DNA of 50,789 nucleotides from Chlamydiota bacterium (GTDB lineage: Bacteria > Chlamydiota > Chlamydiia > Chlamydiales > RGXB01). A program made the position numbers and the translations under genes. The stretch spans positions 1-50,789 of the forward strand of contig RGYU01000002.1 of NCBI GenBank assembly GCA_010031885.1. The letters are read 5' to 3'. Shown in pieces: positions 17,538-27,359 of the stretch; the first letter of the stretch is position 1, and each line of letters begins with the position of its first letter. The notes beneath the pieces are model-generated. The model made no database searches. It worked only from the letters and a program-made list of their open reading frames with translations, and had not been told where the DNA came from.

Positions 17538-19007
17538 ATGCACCGCATACCATTAGTTCCGTTCGGCACAGCCGGATTTCGTGGCCCGATGAAAGAGGGT
17601 CTTGACGGTTTAAATTTGGAAACCGTCTTAAAATTTGCTCAGGCAGCAGCCCTTTCTTTAAATGATCATAATTCTAAAATTATAGTTATATCCTATGATT
17701 GCCGACACCATTCAAAAGAATTTGCCCACGCAGTAGCTCAGGTATTTAGCGGAAATGGATTTACCGTTCACATCACCGATACATTAATGCCCACCCCCTA
17801 TCTCTCTTTTTTATGTCATCATTTAAAAGCAGCGGGTGGGGTCATGATTACTGCATCCCATAATCCGGCCTTTGACAATGGGGTTAAAATTTATGAGGGT
17901 TATGGTGGACAATTTTTAGACCATGAGACGAAGTTACTGACTTCTTTAAAACACTCTGATCCCATTAAAATCTCCTATGAAAATATCTTTTTTGTAGATA
18001 AGAAAAATGTGGATGATTACTTTCAAAAAATTGTTAAAGTACTACCCACCCCTTTTGATGAACATCGTAAAGAACTTAGTATCGTCTATTCCCCCTTCAA
18101 TGGATGTGGCTCGACGGTTATACCCGAATTTTTGCGTAGAACCGGCTTCACACAATTTAGTGTAGTTGAGCAACAATTCCCTGTTGACCCCGACTTTGCC
18201 GGATTTAAGAAACCCAATCCTGAAGATCCCAGTAACCTCTATCTTTTAAAAGAGATGATGCAAGATCTGGATGCAGATCTTGGTATTGCTACGGATCCGG
18301 ATGCGGATCGAATCGCATTCATCGACAAACACACTACATTTACAGGCAATAGAATTGGGGCTATCGTATTGGAGTCCCTTTTAAGGGAAGGAAAAACTGG
18401 GGATATCCACACCTCCTATGTTTCGACCAATTTAGTCGATGCAATTGCAAAAAAATATGGTCAAAATGTCCGCCGTTACAAGACAGGATTCCGCTATATC
18501 TCCGAGGCTCTTCATAAAAACCCTGACCAGTTTTTAATGGGATTTGAAGAGTCTATTGGATATTTGATTGTGAAAGGAGGTTCGCTGGACAAAGACTCAC
18601 CCCACATGGCCCTTTACGTTAGTAATTTGGCATATATATTAAAAAAACAAAAAAAAACCCTGACCGACTTTAGCCATGAGCTGGACCAGCTTTACGGTTT
18701 ATATAGAGAAGACCAGGTGAGTATTGAGCTCAAAGAGGGGCAAAGCGGAGTTGATTTTGTAGATCAAAAAGTTTTAAAAGGGCAGTTTTTAGAGCTGGGG
18801 AAGAAAAAAATTTTCTCAAAAAAAATCGATCCTCATATGGGTATTGTTGTAATAGAACTTGATTCTTTACAAATTCTGGTGCGCCCATCAGGAACAGAAC
18901 CCAAAGTAAAATTCTATCTTAAACTTGGCCCTTTCAAAGGCAACGATCAGCAGGCTTCGGCCTACCTAGAATGCGTCGCATCAGGGATAAAAATGTTATT
19001 TGGTTAA
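17538..19007 (+). CDS. Phosphoglucomutase/phosphomannomutase-family phosphohexomutase
   Basis: Active-site TASHNPAFDNG, metal loop GIATDPDADR, sugar-binding GFEESIGY, phosphate-binding RPSGTEP. Confidence 0.9.
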   Translation: MHRIPLVPFGTAGFRGPMKEGLDGLNLETVLKFAQAAALSLNDHNSKIIVISYDCRHHSKEFAHAVAQVFSGNGFTVHITDTLMPTPYLSFLCHHLKAAGGVMITASHNPAFDNGVKIYEGYGGQFLDHETKLLTSLKHSDPIKISYENIFFVDKKNVDDYFQKIVKVLPTPFDEHRKELSIVYSPFNGCGSTVIPEFLRRTGFTQFSVVEQQFPVDPDFAGFKKPNPEDPSNLYLLKEMMQDLDADLGIATDPDADRIAFIDKHTTFTGNRIGAIVLESLLREGKTGDIHTSYVSTNLVDAIAKKYGQNVRRYKTGFRYISEALHKNPDQFLMGFEESIGYLIVKGGSLDKDSPHMALYVSNLAYILKKQKKTLTDFSHELDQLYGLYREDQVSIELKEGQSGVDFVDQKVLKGQFLELGKKKIFSKKIDPHMGIVVIELDSLQILVRPSGTEPKVKFYLKLGPFKGNDQQASAYLECVASGIKMLFG

Positions 19008-21208
19008 TCCTCAGCCCGACTAGTTTTCATACTGTACTTAATACGACTATGGCGGCTTACATAGAGGGTGTGAACCACGACTTTTTTTACAATTTCTAGT
19101 TCTTTAAATGAGATATCCGAGTCACAGAACTGATCCATCTTGATCTTTTGACTTACTAAGCGATGAACAAGTTCCTCGACATTTTTTTCATTGATCTCCT
19201 CCAAAGAACGGGATGCGGCCTCAACCGTATCGCATATCATGAGAACGGCAGCCTCTTTTGTTTGAGGTTTGGGCCCTGGGTACGTAAAAAGGGTTTTGTC
19301 GACCAAATCTGCATTTCCATCCCGCATTTCTAGCTCCTTATTATAAAAATAAGAAACCATGGTCGTTCCATGATGTTGCTGGATCATATCAATGATAATT
19401 TTTGGAAGTTTGTGTTTTTTGGCCAGCTCCACCCCCTCATGCACGTGGGAAATGATCACCATGGCAGATTCTGTAGGTGATAAAAGCCGATGCACATTGA
19501 AATCGGCAAACTGATTTTCGGTAAAGTAGTTGGGATTAAAAAGTTTTCCTATATCATGAAAAAGCGCGGCAACACGACATAATAGACCATTTGCACCTAT
19601 AGCAAGACTAGCCGCCTCAGCAAGAATACCAACCATAATTGAATGTTGATAGGTACCTGGTGCCTCAAAACACAAACGGCGGATCAGTTCATTATTTGGA
19701 TCCATCAATTCCATGAGTCTTAGATCAGTCATGACATTGAATGTAGTCTCAAACACAGGTAAGAGCATTGCAATCAATACCGCCTCAAACATCACAAGAG
19801 CCAAAGTTACAAAAAGATCAAAAACGGTAGACATTTCCAAAAAACTAGAGGTAATCAAGTTTGTTCCGATGATGATCGGGACACTCAATACCCATAGCAA
19901 AACACAAACTTTGAAAACCTCTTTTCGCTTGTTTAAAGACTGGCTAAAAAAAATTGCTGCCAAAGAGGCGACGTAATTGATCAGTAAAAAGCGACTTTGA
20001 TCTACCGCTAAAGTCAATCCGATCACTATTGTTAAAAAAAATGAGGAAAAAAGGGCAATCTGTTTATTTAATAGTATGGATATCAAAATGGCGGCAAAAG
20101 GGACAAGTATCGGAAATCGGAGATATTCGGTCAAAAACTGGGCATTTTCAATTAGAAGATATTCTATCATCTTAGCTATAGCCAAAGTCAAAATGATAAT
20201 AGTCGCATATAAGGAGAGGCTCAGTGATGAATAGTATATCTTCTTGTGATACAGACGAAAATATCGGGCAATCAAAACAGTAAGAAAAAAAGCAATGATT
20301 GCACTTCCAATTAAAGTATTGGGGGAAAAAAGATTTCTACTTTCCCTAATTTGCTTTTTCATTTCACCAAGCTGCCTTAAGTGACGGTCAGTAACCGTAT
20401 CCCCCTCTGAAATAATGAGAGAGCCGGCCTTTACCGCGGTATTCTTACCCTCAACTAAAGCTTCGATATGGTTGCGAAATTTTCTAAGCTCTTCATAGTC
20501 CAATTCAATTTCCCAGCCCCCATACGCTGCGTATTGATTGACGACTAAATTAATTGCGTCTTTAGAATCTGCAGGGGCCTCTTGCAGCTTTTCTTTTAAA
20601 AAAATGGGCCAAAATTCTTTTGACAGGCTCGGGTTTTGTTGATCGATTGGAACCTGGATGATCCCCCGGCACATATACTTGGATTCGCACGCTTTTCGAA
20701 CGGTCCTTTCATCTGTAATTTTAATTTTGGCAAGCTGCTCGCCAATTTTTTCTATTGTAGTATAGATTTCTTCAAATGTAGCTGAATTAGTACCACGCCA
20801 GCTTTTATTTCTAACAAAATAATCCTCTACCTGGCCACGTGCCTTTTTGATCGATTTTGGGTCAATCTGATAGATCATCCCTATGTCCCCAAGCGCCTCC
20901 TGCCTGAGAATCAGAGTCGCTTCCTCATCGGGAAAGGAAAAATCCACCTGGGCAACGATGTAGCTTGACGCTTTGGTCTCAATTTCCAAAGCCTCTACCC
21001 GCACTTCCCTAAAATGGACAAAAGCAAAAAGTGTTACAAAAAACACCCCTGCAATGATGAGACGCAATCCTCGACGGTTTTCTTTCAAACCCTCCTTAAA
21101 GGTGCGCATCCAGCGACTCATTTGCATAACCTTATTGTAACAATCGCCTTTATAAAAGAGAAGACTAGAGGGAGAACTATTTTCTTTTTTGCCCTTTCTT
21201 GAAAACAA
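19004..21208 (-). CDS. 7TM-HD membrane phosphohydrolase (PgpH-like HDIG protein)
   Basis: N-terminal TM plus a large extracytoplasmic domain, then about 7 TM helices, then a C-terminal HD domain (HSIMV...HDIGK...QHHGT). The exact start is uncertain, as there are several in-frame Met near the N-terminus. Confidence 0.85.
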   Translation of the reverse strand: MFSRKGKKENSSPSSLLFYKGDCYNKVMQMSRWMRTFKEGLKENRRGLRLIIAGVFFVTLFAFVHFREVRVEALEIETKASSYIVAQVDFSFPDEEATLILRQEALGDIGMIYQIDPKSIKKARGQVEDYFVRNKSWRGTNSATFEEIYTTIEKIGEQLAKIKITDERTVRKACESKYMCRGIIQVPIDQQNPSLSKEFWPIFLKEKLQEAPADSKDAINLVVNQYAAYGGWEIELDYEELRKFRNHIEALVEGKNTAVKAGSLIISEGDTVTDRHLRQLGEMKKQIRESRNLFSPNTLIGSAIIAFFLTVLIARYFRLYHKKIYYSSLSLSLYATIIILTLAIAKMIEYLLIENAQFLTEYLRFPILVPFAAILISILLNKQIALFSSFFLTIVIGLTLAVDQSRFLLINYVASLAAIFFSQSLNKRKEVFKVCVLLWVLSVPIIIGTNLITSSFLEMSTVFDLFVTLALVMFEAVLIAMLLPVFETTFNVMTDLRLMELMDPNNELIRRLCFEAPGTYQHSIMVGILAEAASLAIGANGLLCRVAALFHDIGKLFNPNYFTENQFADFNVHRLLSPTESAMVIISHVHEGVELAKKHKLPKIIIDMIQQHHGTTMVSYFYNKELEMRDGNADLVDKTLFTYPGPKPQTKEAAVLMICDTVEAASRSLEEINEKNVEELVHRLVSQKIKMDQFCDSDISFKELEIVKKVVVHTLYVSRHSRIKYSMKTSRAED

Positions 21209-21314
21209 ACCACATTCAAAATGAACCTTGAATTAGTTTTTTATAAAATAAAATATTTTTACAGTAAAATTCTAAGTTCTTTAGAATTTGAAAATCGGGT
21301 ATACTAAAGGAAGT

Positions 21315-22892
21315 ATGCAAATCTATCAGCCCATCGCCCGCAAGTACCGACCCAAACTCTTTAAAGAAGTTTTTGGACAAAAAATCATTGTTGATACACT
21401 GCAAAATGCAATTAAAAATGGGCGTGTAGCTGCAAATTATCTTTTTTCAGGAACACGTGGCACGGGAAAAACAACCGTTGCACGCCTTTTTGCAAGAGCG
21501 ATCAATTGCGAAAACCTTACCGTAGATACTGAGCCTTGCAATCGCTGCCCCAGTTGCCTGCAGATGCTTGGTGGAGCATCTATGGAGCTGATGGAGATCG
21601 ACGGTGCCTCCAACCGCGGAATCGATGACATACGACTCATCAGTGAAGGGGTGGCATTTGCCCCTCCAAAAGGGCGCTACCGTGTCTATCTAATTGATGA
21701 AGTGCACATGTTAACTAAAGAGGCTTTCAATGCCCTTCTGAAAACACTAGAAGAGCCTCCTTCTTATGTGAAATTCTTTTTTGCCACTACCGAACCACAC
21801 AAAGTGCCACTGACGATCCAAAGCCGATGCCAAAAATTTGACTTGCAACGGATACAGTTGGATACAATTGTAAAAAAACTGGAGTCCATTACTAAAGATC
21901 AGGGATATGTTGCCGATTTTGCAGCCCTTTCTTTGATTGCGGAAACTGCACAAGGAAGTATGCGAGACGCAGAATCGCTTTTGGATCAGCTTCTATGTAC
22001 ATCAAATGGGAATCTGTCAATCGGTCTGGTCCGTGAAAGCTTAGGAAAAGTTTCCAAAGAGGGGCTTTTTGCTCTTGATATCGCAATTCAAAAACGCTCA
22101 ATTGAATCTCTCCTTGCAGCATCTAGTTCCCTTTTGCTTTTAGGCAAAGATACTTCATTATTGATTGAGGATTTAGCAGAACATTTCCGTAATCATCTTT
22201 TGGCGCTTCAAGGCTGTCTGGATCCTAAAACATACCACCTTAGCATTGAAGAATCTGATCGTTATAAAGTACTAAGCAAACAATATACCCAGTCCAGCCT
22301 GCTTGAAATGGTAGAGCTCATCTACCCTTTTTTCCACCAACCGACGCGCCCTTTTTTATCCCAGCAACAATTTGAATCCCTTCTATTACTTTTGATGAAA
22401 AAAGGGATGAATCCTGGAATTACCACATTGATCGAGCGTTTGGAGGGGCTGGAAATGCGCCTGCAATCCCCTTTATCTAAAAATGCTGAAACCCTCAATC
22501 TTCTTTTAGACGAGGTCCCATCATCCTCAGTAGACACCCCTAACCTCAATTTAGCTTTAGAACACCTAAGTTTAGCCCAAGATCCTTTATCGTTAACAAA
22601 TCTAGAGCAAAAACATCTACCCTCATCATCCCTCCCATCTGTCACAGAAGAACAGAAAGCGCAATCTGTTAAATCTTTATCATCTTTAGATGATGTGGTA
22701 AATCTTTCAATCCCTGATGAGCTAATCCCCTCCTCTACAAACAGACCGCTAGAAGAGGTTGTAGAAACTCTAAGAAGCATAAAATCTGAGGATCTGCCCA
22801 ACTTGACGTCCGCTACTATTTTGCCGACCAGTGTGCGCCACCAAAATCTCATCCAATTTGCTATCGTTGAATGGAATGCCACTATTCAATAA
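21315..22892 (+). CDS. dnaX: DNA polymerase III subunit gamma/tau
   Basis: KYRPKLFKEVFGQ, P-loop GTRGTGKTT, Zn module CNRCPSC, IDEVHML, SRCQKF. The ORF track starts at TTG 21288. ATG 21315 is preceded by AAGGAAG. The C-terminal third is Ser/Leu/Pro-rich low complexity. Confidence 0.92.
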   Translation: MQIYQPIARKYRPKLFKEVFGQKIIVDTLQNAIKNGRVAANYLFSGTRGTGKTTVARLFARAINCENLTVDTEPCNRCPSCLQMLGGASMELMEIDGASNRGIDDIRLISEGVAFAPPKGRYRVYLIDEVHMLTKEAFNALLKTLEEPPSYVKFFFATTEPHKVPLTIQSRCQKFDLQRIQLDTIVKKLESITKDQGYVADFAALSLIAETAQGSMRDAESLLDQLLCTSNGNLSIGLVRESLGKVSKEGLFALDIAIQKRSIESLLAASSSLLLLGKDTSLLIEDLAEHFRNHLLALQGCLDPKTYHLSIEESDRYKVLSKQYTQSSLLEMVELIYPFFHQPTRPFLSQQQFESLLLLLMKKGMNPGITTLIERLEGLEMRLQSPLSKNAETLNLLLDEVPSSSVDTPNLNLALEHLSLAQDPLSLTNLEQKHLPSSSLPSVTEEQKAQSVKSLSSLDDVVNLSIPDELIPSSTNRPLEEVVETLRSIKSEDLPNLTSATILPTSVRHQNLIQFAIVEWNATIQ

Positions 22893-22926
22893 CACGAACG
22901 AAAAAAATTAATATTGAAAGGATCTT

Positions 22927-23226
22927 ATGGGAAGCGGTTTTTTAAAGAAAAAAAGGGATCAAAGACAGTTTTCAGAGCAACTTGCTCGGCTTGGGGAGGA
23001 ATTAAAATCAAAAGAGTACGTCGGATACGCACCGAACCAGCTTGTTGAGATTGTTTTAACCGGAGAAAAAAGTCTAAAAAAAATCTTAATTAAAAAAGAT
23101 TGTGTTAATCCGGATGATATTGAAGGGCTACAGGATTTGATCAAAGCAGCTTACGAAGATGCGGAAAAGAAAATGGAGGGAGATAATCCTCTGAATAGCG
23201 TCCAAGGGATGCCGTTCGGATTCTAA
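22927..23226 (+). CDS. ybaB: YbaB/EbfC-family nucleoid-associated protein
   Basis: 99 aa, directly after dnaX (the conserved dnaX-ybaB linkage). Contains VEIVLTGEKSLKKILIKKD...LQDLIKAAYEDAEKK. Confidence 0.85.
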   Translation: MGSGFLKKKRDQRQFSEQLARLGEELKSKEYVGYAPNQLVEIVLTGEKSLKKILIKKDCVNPDDIEGLQDLIKAAYEDAEKKMEGDNPLNSVQGMPFGF

Positions 23227-23232
23227 TTTTTT

Positions 23233-23279
23233 GACCGTTGTTTTGACCACTCAGTCATACAACGGTCGTGATTTTTTTT
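23233..23279 (+). terminator. Possible intrinsic terminator for ybaB, overlapping the 3' end of convergent ptsI
   Basis: 9-bp perfect stem GACCGTTGT / ACAACGGTC with a 17-nt loop, followed by GTGA and T8. The large loop lowers confidence. Confidence 0.4.
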
Positions 23280-24934
23280 GATAAGAGAGTTTTCACCTCT
23301 TCTGAATTTTTTGCTTCAAAAACTGTACCTGCCAAATGTGTCGCCTCTTTTATGGAGACCGAAGCTATCCGTTTTTTGACTTGCGGTATTTCATGAAAGG
23401 AACAGGAAAAATCGGTAGCCCCGATGCCGATGAGAAGTTCAGTAAATGCCGGATTTGAAACGATTTCTCCACAAACGCTTACCGGTTTATTGCTCTTTTT
23501 TGCCCGCTCTATGATTTGATGAATCGTTTTAAATAAATCGGGTTGATAAAGACAAAAATCGGGTGAATCTCGATGAATTTCTATTAAAGATTGGGTCAAA
23601 TCATTCGTGCCGATTGCAATAAAGTCGACTTGCTCCAATATCTGGTCCAATACCAACATTTCTAATCGAGTTTCTATCATGGCTCCCAAACGAACCTGGC
23701 AATTGGTATTTAAAGTCTTCAGAATGGACTCGATCTCTTTTCTTACCGTTTCTACTTCCTCTTGATGAGTAACGTACGGGATGAGAATCTCTAATCTTTT
23801 TCCACTCGAGGCCTTCATTAGGGAGCGCAGTTGCAATTCCAAAATCTCACTGCGCGCAAATAAATAACGGATAGACCTTAAATATTTGGTTTTTTCATTG
23901 TAATCGTTTAAAAAGTTTTTATCGCCACCAAGGTCAAAAAGCCTAAATACAACCTTATGTGGATAAACTTCTTCAACGATCGACTCATAAAGCAAAACCT
24001 GACGCTCTTCACAAAAAGCTACTTCTCTATCATGAAGCAAAATAAACTCAGTTCGATAGAGCCCAATCCCATTTTTCAGTTCGCGAGAATACTCAACTCC
24101 ATCAAAAGTTGAAAAAACGCTTATCGATTTTCCATCCGCCGTCTCTACCAAATTTTTTGAAGCCAAAACGGGGCATGTTTTAAAATCTGTCTGCAGATAG
24201 GTCGATTTTATATAGGCGCTAGGCTCGACATAAATTAATCCTTTTTTCCCATCGAGCAGAATCTCTTTACCTTCGAATGCTTCGAAAGTAGAGATATCTT
24301 CTAAAATCACATGGGGAATCGCCCGACTTTTTAAAACAACAGATGTATGAGAGGCGCTAGAACCTTTAAGTGTGATAAACCCTCTTACCCCTTTTAGAGC
24401 TGCTTCGGCTGCCATCGAGGGGGTAACCTCTTTCATACAGACAATCGCACCTTGAAATTCTTGCGGGATCTTGGGCTCCATACCATGAAGGTGTAAAGCA
24501 ATGCGCGTAGCCAAATCTTGAATGTCAATAATCCGATCTTTAAATAATGGATCCTCACTAGCACTAAGGGCCGCTACAATCAAATCAAGATTTTTTTTTA
24601 AGGAACTGTGCGCCGATAACTTATGCTGGCGAACCCCTTCCTCAACTTGATGAGTAAAAAAAGGATCATCCAAAATCATCAAATGGGCTTCAAAAATTGC
24701 GACCGATTCTTGATCCTTCAAATCTTTAAGCCTTTTCAAAAGGATTGCTAGCTCTTTTTTTGTAATTGAAACCGCTCGAAGGTATTTTTCAATTTCTTTA
24801 TCTGCATCTAGAAAGGTCGAAATATTGGAAGAGGTGAATACCGTTTTGTCTTCATATAGATACAAAGGACCACAAACAACACCTTTAAGTATAGGTTTGC
24901 CCTCAAAAACTACTTTGGAATCGGTATGCATCAT
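23255..24934 (-). CDS. ptsI: Phosphoenolpyruvate--protein phosphotransferase (PTS enzyme I)
   Basis: Phospho-His region GSSASHTSVVLKSRAIP, GIGLYRTEF, IAIGTNDLTQ, and the active-site Cys in VSVCGE. Confidence 0.92.
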   Translation of the reverse strand: MMHTDSKVVFEGKPILKGVVCGPLYLYEDKTVFTSSNISTFLDADKEIEKYLRAVSITKKELAILLKRLKDLKDQESVAIFEAHLMILDDPFFTHQVEEGVRQHKLSAHSSLKKNLDLIVAALSASEDPLFKDRIIDIQDLATRIALHLHGMEPKIPQEFQGAIVCMKEVTPSMAAEAALKGVRGFITLKGSSASHTSVVLKSRAIPHVILEDISTFEAFEGKEILLDGKKGLIYVEPSAYIKSTYLQTDFKTCPVLASKNLVETADGKSISVFSTFDGVEYSRELKNGIGLYRTEFILLHDREVAFCEERQVLLYESIVEEVYPHKVVFRLFDLGGDKNFLNDYNEKTKYLRSIRYLFARSEILELQLRSLMKASSGKRLEILIPYVTHQEEVETVRKEIESILKTLNTNCQVRLGAMIETRLEMLVLDQILEQVDFIAIGTNDLTQSLIEIHRDSPDFCLYQPDLFKTIHQIIERAKKSNKPVSVCGEIVSNPAFTELLIGIGATDFSCSFHEIPQVKKRIASVSIKEATHLAGTVFEAKNSEEVKTLLSKKITTVV

Positions 24935-24943
24935 TCAACGCCT

Positions 24944-25906
24944 TTAAAGTATATCTAAGGGTGTTTCTTTAGAACAAGCTTTCTTTGAAAGTGTATCTAG
25001 CAAACGGACATTGAACTCTTTTGCAGAATTATACCCTGTCTCTTTCAAGCGATGATTGAGTACAATTGTTTCTAAGAGCAAAACTACATCTCTACCCGGT
25101 TTGACAGGCATGATATAAAAAGGAACTTTTATGTTGAGCAGCTCGCAGTATTTCTCTTCAAGGCCAATCCGATCATAAAAATGGGTGTCATCCCACTGCT
25201 CAAGCTTTACAATCAGGTCGATTTTCTTCGACTCGGAAATACAAACGGCACCGTAGAGATGGGCGACATTGATGATACCAATTCCCCGAATTTCCAAAAG
25301 GTGACGGGTCAATTCCGGGCCGGTTCCCTCAAGGTAGCCACCCTTCTTTTTTGATACTAACACCACATCATCGGCAATCAGGCGATGTCCCCTCTCGATC
25401 AATCCCAGGGCAGCTTCACTTTTTCCAACAGATGAATTCCCCTGTATCAAAAGGCCTATGCCAAAAACCTCCACAAGCGTACCGTGGCAGGAGATGGTAG
25501 GGGCAAATTCTTCCACAAGAATCACAGTCAAACGGGTGATGAGATTCATTGTTGATAAACTGGAGCGAAAAAGGGGAATGCGCTTTTCATTGCACATTTC
25601 AATGAGCTCCTTGGGAGGACGATACCTTCTTGCGACCAAAATAGCGGGTAGCCGTTTTCCAAAAAGCTGTATTAAACGCTCTTTGCGCTCATCAGAGCTG
25701 ATATCTTTGAGATATTCAATTTCAATTTTACCAAAAACTAATAGTCTTCGCTCTGAACGATGCTTTAGATAACCACATAAGGCAAGTCCTGGTCTTTCAA
25801 CCTCTGGGACTATGATTTTTTTCTCCTTGAGACCCTCTGATCCTGCTATGAGTTCTAAACTCAATGGCTCTTTGTACTTCGACAATAATTCATGGACGGT
25901 CAACAT
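24944..25906 (-). CDS. hprK: HPr kinase/phosphorylase (full-length, two-domain type)
   Basis: Walker A GNSSVGKSEAALGLIERGHRLIADD and the signature LEIRGIGIINV. 320 aa. Stops 9 nt upstream of ptsI. Confidence 0.9.
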   Translation of the reverse strand: MLTVHELLSKYKEPLSLELIAGSEGLKEKKIIVPEVERPGLALCGYLKHRSERRLLVFGKIEIEYLKDISSDERKERLIQLFGKRLPAILVARRYRPPKELIEMCNEKRIPLFRSSLSTMNLITRLTVILVEEFAPTISCHGTLVEVFGIGLLIQGNSSVGKSEAALGLIERGHRLIADDVVLVSKKKGGYLEGTGPELTRHLLEIRGIGIINVAHLYGAVCISESKKIDLIVKLEQWDDTHFYDRIGLEEKYCELLNIKVPFYIMPVKPGRDVVLLLETIVLNHRLKETGYNSAKEFNVRLLDTLSKKACSKETPLDIL

Positions 25907-26167
25907 GAAGAAAAATATCCGTAAGTGGTTTGTAGCTTCTCATCTTGCCAAAGATGGTGATAGAATTGCAACTTTTTGGACTTCTCAACAAAGATAAATT
26001 GTGTTCACCATCCTTGATAATAGAATATTTTTATAAATTTTATGATAAATAACCGACCATTTTGGTAAAACAAGCCATCTGATTGTTTAGCCTGTTTTCT
26101 TCCTCAAGCTCAATGGGATGAATAAAACACTTAATTTCTTTTGTTTTTTTTGTTAAATGCCAAAGGT

Positions 26168-27282
26168 ATGGAACATCATGTTGTTGTTATTGGAGGCGGG
26201 TTTGCCGGCCTTAATATAATGTAAACGTCCTTATGGGTTGCGCTATAGGGATAGATCAGGACGCAAAGCATGTGTTTTTTCACGATGGGCGAACTCTCAA
26301 ATACGATACGCTCATATTGGCCATCGGTGCCAGCCACAGCTATTTTGGTAACCCCCAGTTTGAGGCTTTTGCTCCTGGACTAAAAACATTGGAAGATGCC
26401 TATAAAATTAAAGAGCGGCTTCTTTTAGCTTTTGAACGGGCGGAAAAATCGGTAAACCCAACTGAAAGTATGGAGCACATGGTTTTTATCGTAATAGGCG
26501 CTGGACCAACGGGTGTAGAACTTGCGGGATCAATAGCAGAACTTAAAAATGTCACCTTGAAAAAAAATTTTCGTCATATCGACCCTAAACAAGCGCGTGT
26601 GATTTTAATTGAGGGTTTTTCTGAAGTGCTCCCCCCCTACCCCGGATCATTACGCAAAAGGGCACACCAAGATCTTGTCGACCTTGGCGTCGAGGTTTGG
26701 ACCGATACAAAAGTAACAAATATTGTGGCTCATGGAGTTGAGACAGAAAAAGGTTTTATCCAAGCTGAAGCGGTTATCTGGGCTGCCGGGAACGAAGCCT
26801 CAAAAGTTCTTAAAACATTGAACACCGAGTTAGACCGTCAAGGCAGAGTTATTGTCACAGAACATTTGCATCTTTTTAACGATACAAACGTGTTTGTGAT
26901 AGGAGATGCGGCCCATTTTAAAGGCAAAAATAATTTGCCCCTCCCAGCAATTGCCCCTGTAGCAATCCAAATGGGAACCTATCTCTCTAAGTACCTTAAA
27001 AAAAGATGGAAAGGGCAAAAAAATATTCCACCCTTTAAATATTTTGATAAAGGGATGATGGCGACTATTGGTAGCTATAGAGCTGTTGCAGTATCTGGAA
27101 AATTGAAATTAAAAGGTTTTATTGCTTGGATCGCTTGGCTTTTAATCCATCTTTTATACCTGGTGTCATTTCGTAATCGATTGATTGTATCCATCGATTG
27201 GATCCTGCACTATCTGAGCGGGCGCTCAAGACCGAACAGGGTGATTATTAAGCCAGTGGAAGAACTTGATCAAGAGACCTAA
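26168..27282 (+). pseudogene. ndh: Type II NADH dehydrogenase (NDH-2) disrupted by an internal out-of-frame deletion
   Basis: 26168-26224 encodes MEHHVVVIGGGFAGLNIM-stop, which is the first GxGxxG FAD motif. A different frame, open from 26215, then continues YNVNVLMGCAIGIDQDAKHVFF...LILAIGAS...IVIGAGPTGVELAG...VIGDAA. About 55-60 residues expected between these two segments are missing. Confidence 0.7.
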
Positions 27283-27359
27283 TAGGCTTTCCAGCCGCTT
27301 GTTGAAAAAAAATATTTTTTCTATAGTCTAGCCCTGTCAGTTTTTTATTTTTTTATTTT

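Noticed and set aside
21860-21880. A7 run (GTA AAA AAA CTG) in dnaX as a possible gamma/tau programmed frameshift site
   Set aside because: It lies around codon 185 inside the ATPase module. That is far upstream of where the E. coli slippery site separates gamma from tau, and no downstream stem-loop is evident.
22322-22882. 186-aa minus-strand ORF
   Set aside because: It is antisense to the low-complexity Ser/Leu/Pro-rich C-terminal region of dnaX. Its Ser/Arg/Gly-rich translation has no domain features.
25949-26016. Imperfect 12-bp inverted repeat (CAAAGATGGTGA ... TCACCATCCTTG) upstream of hprK
   Set aside because: It has one mismatch, a spacer of about 44 nt and no flanking U-tract or recognisable riboswitch or leader features. 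I cannot distinguish it from chance.
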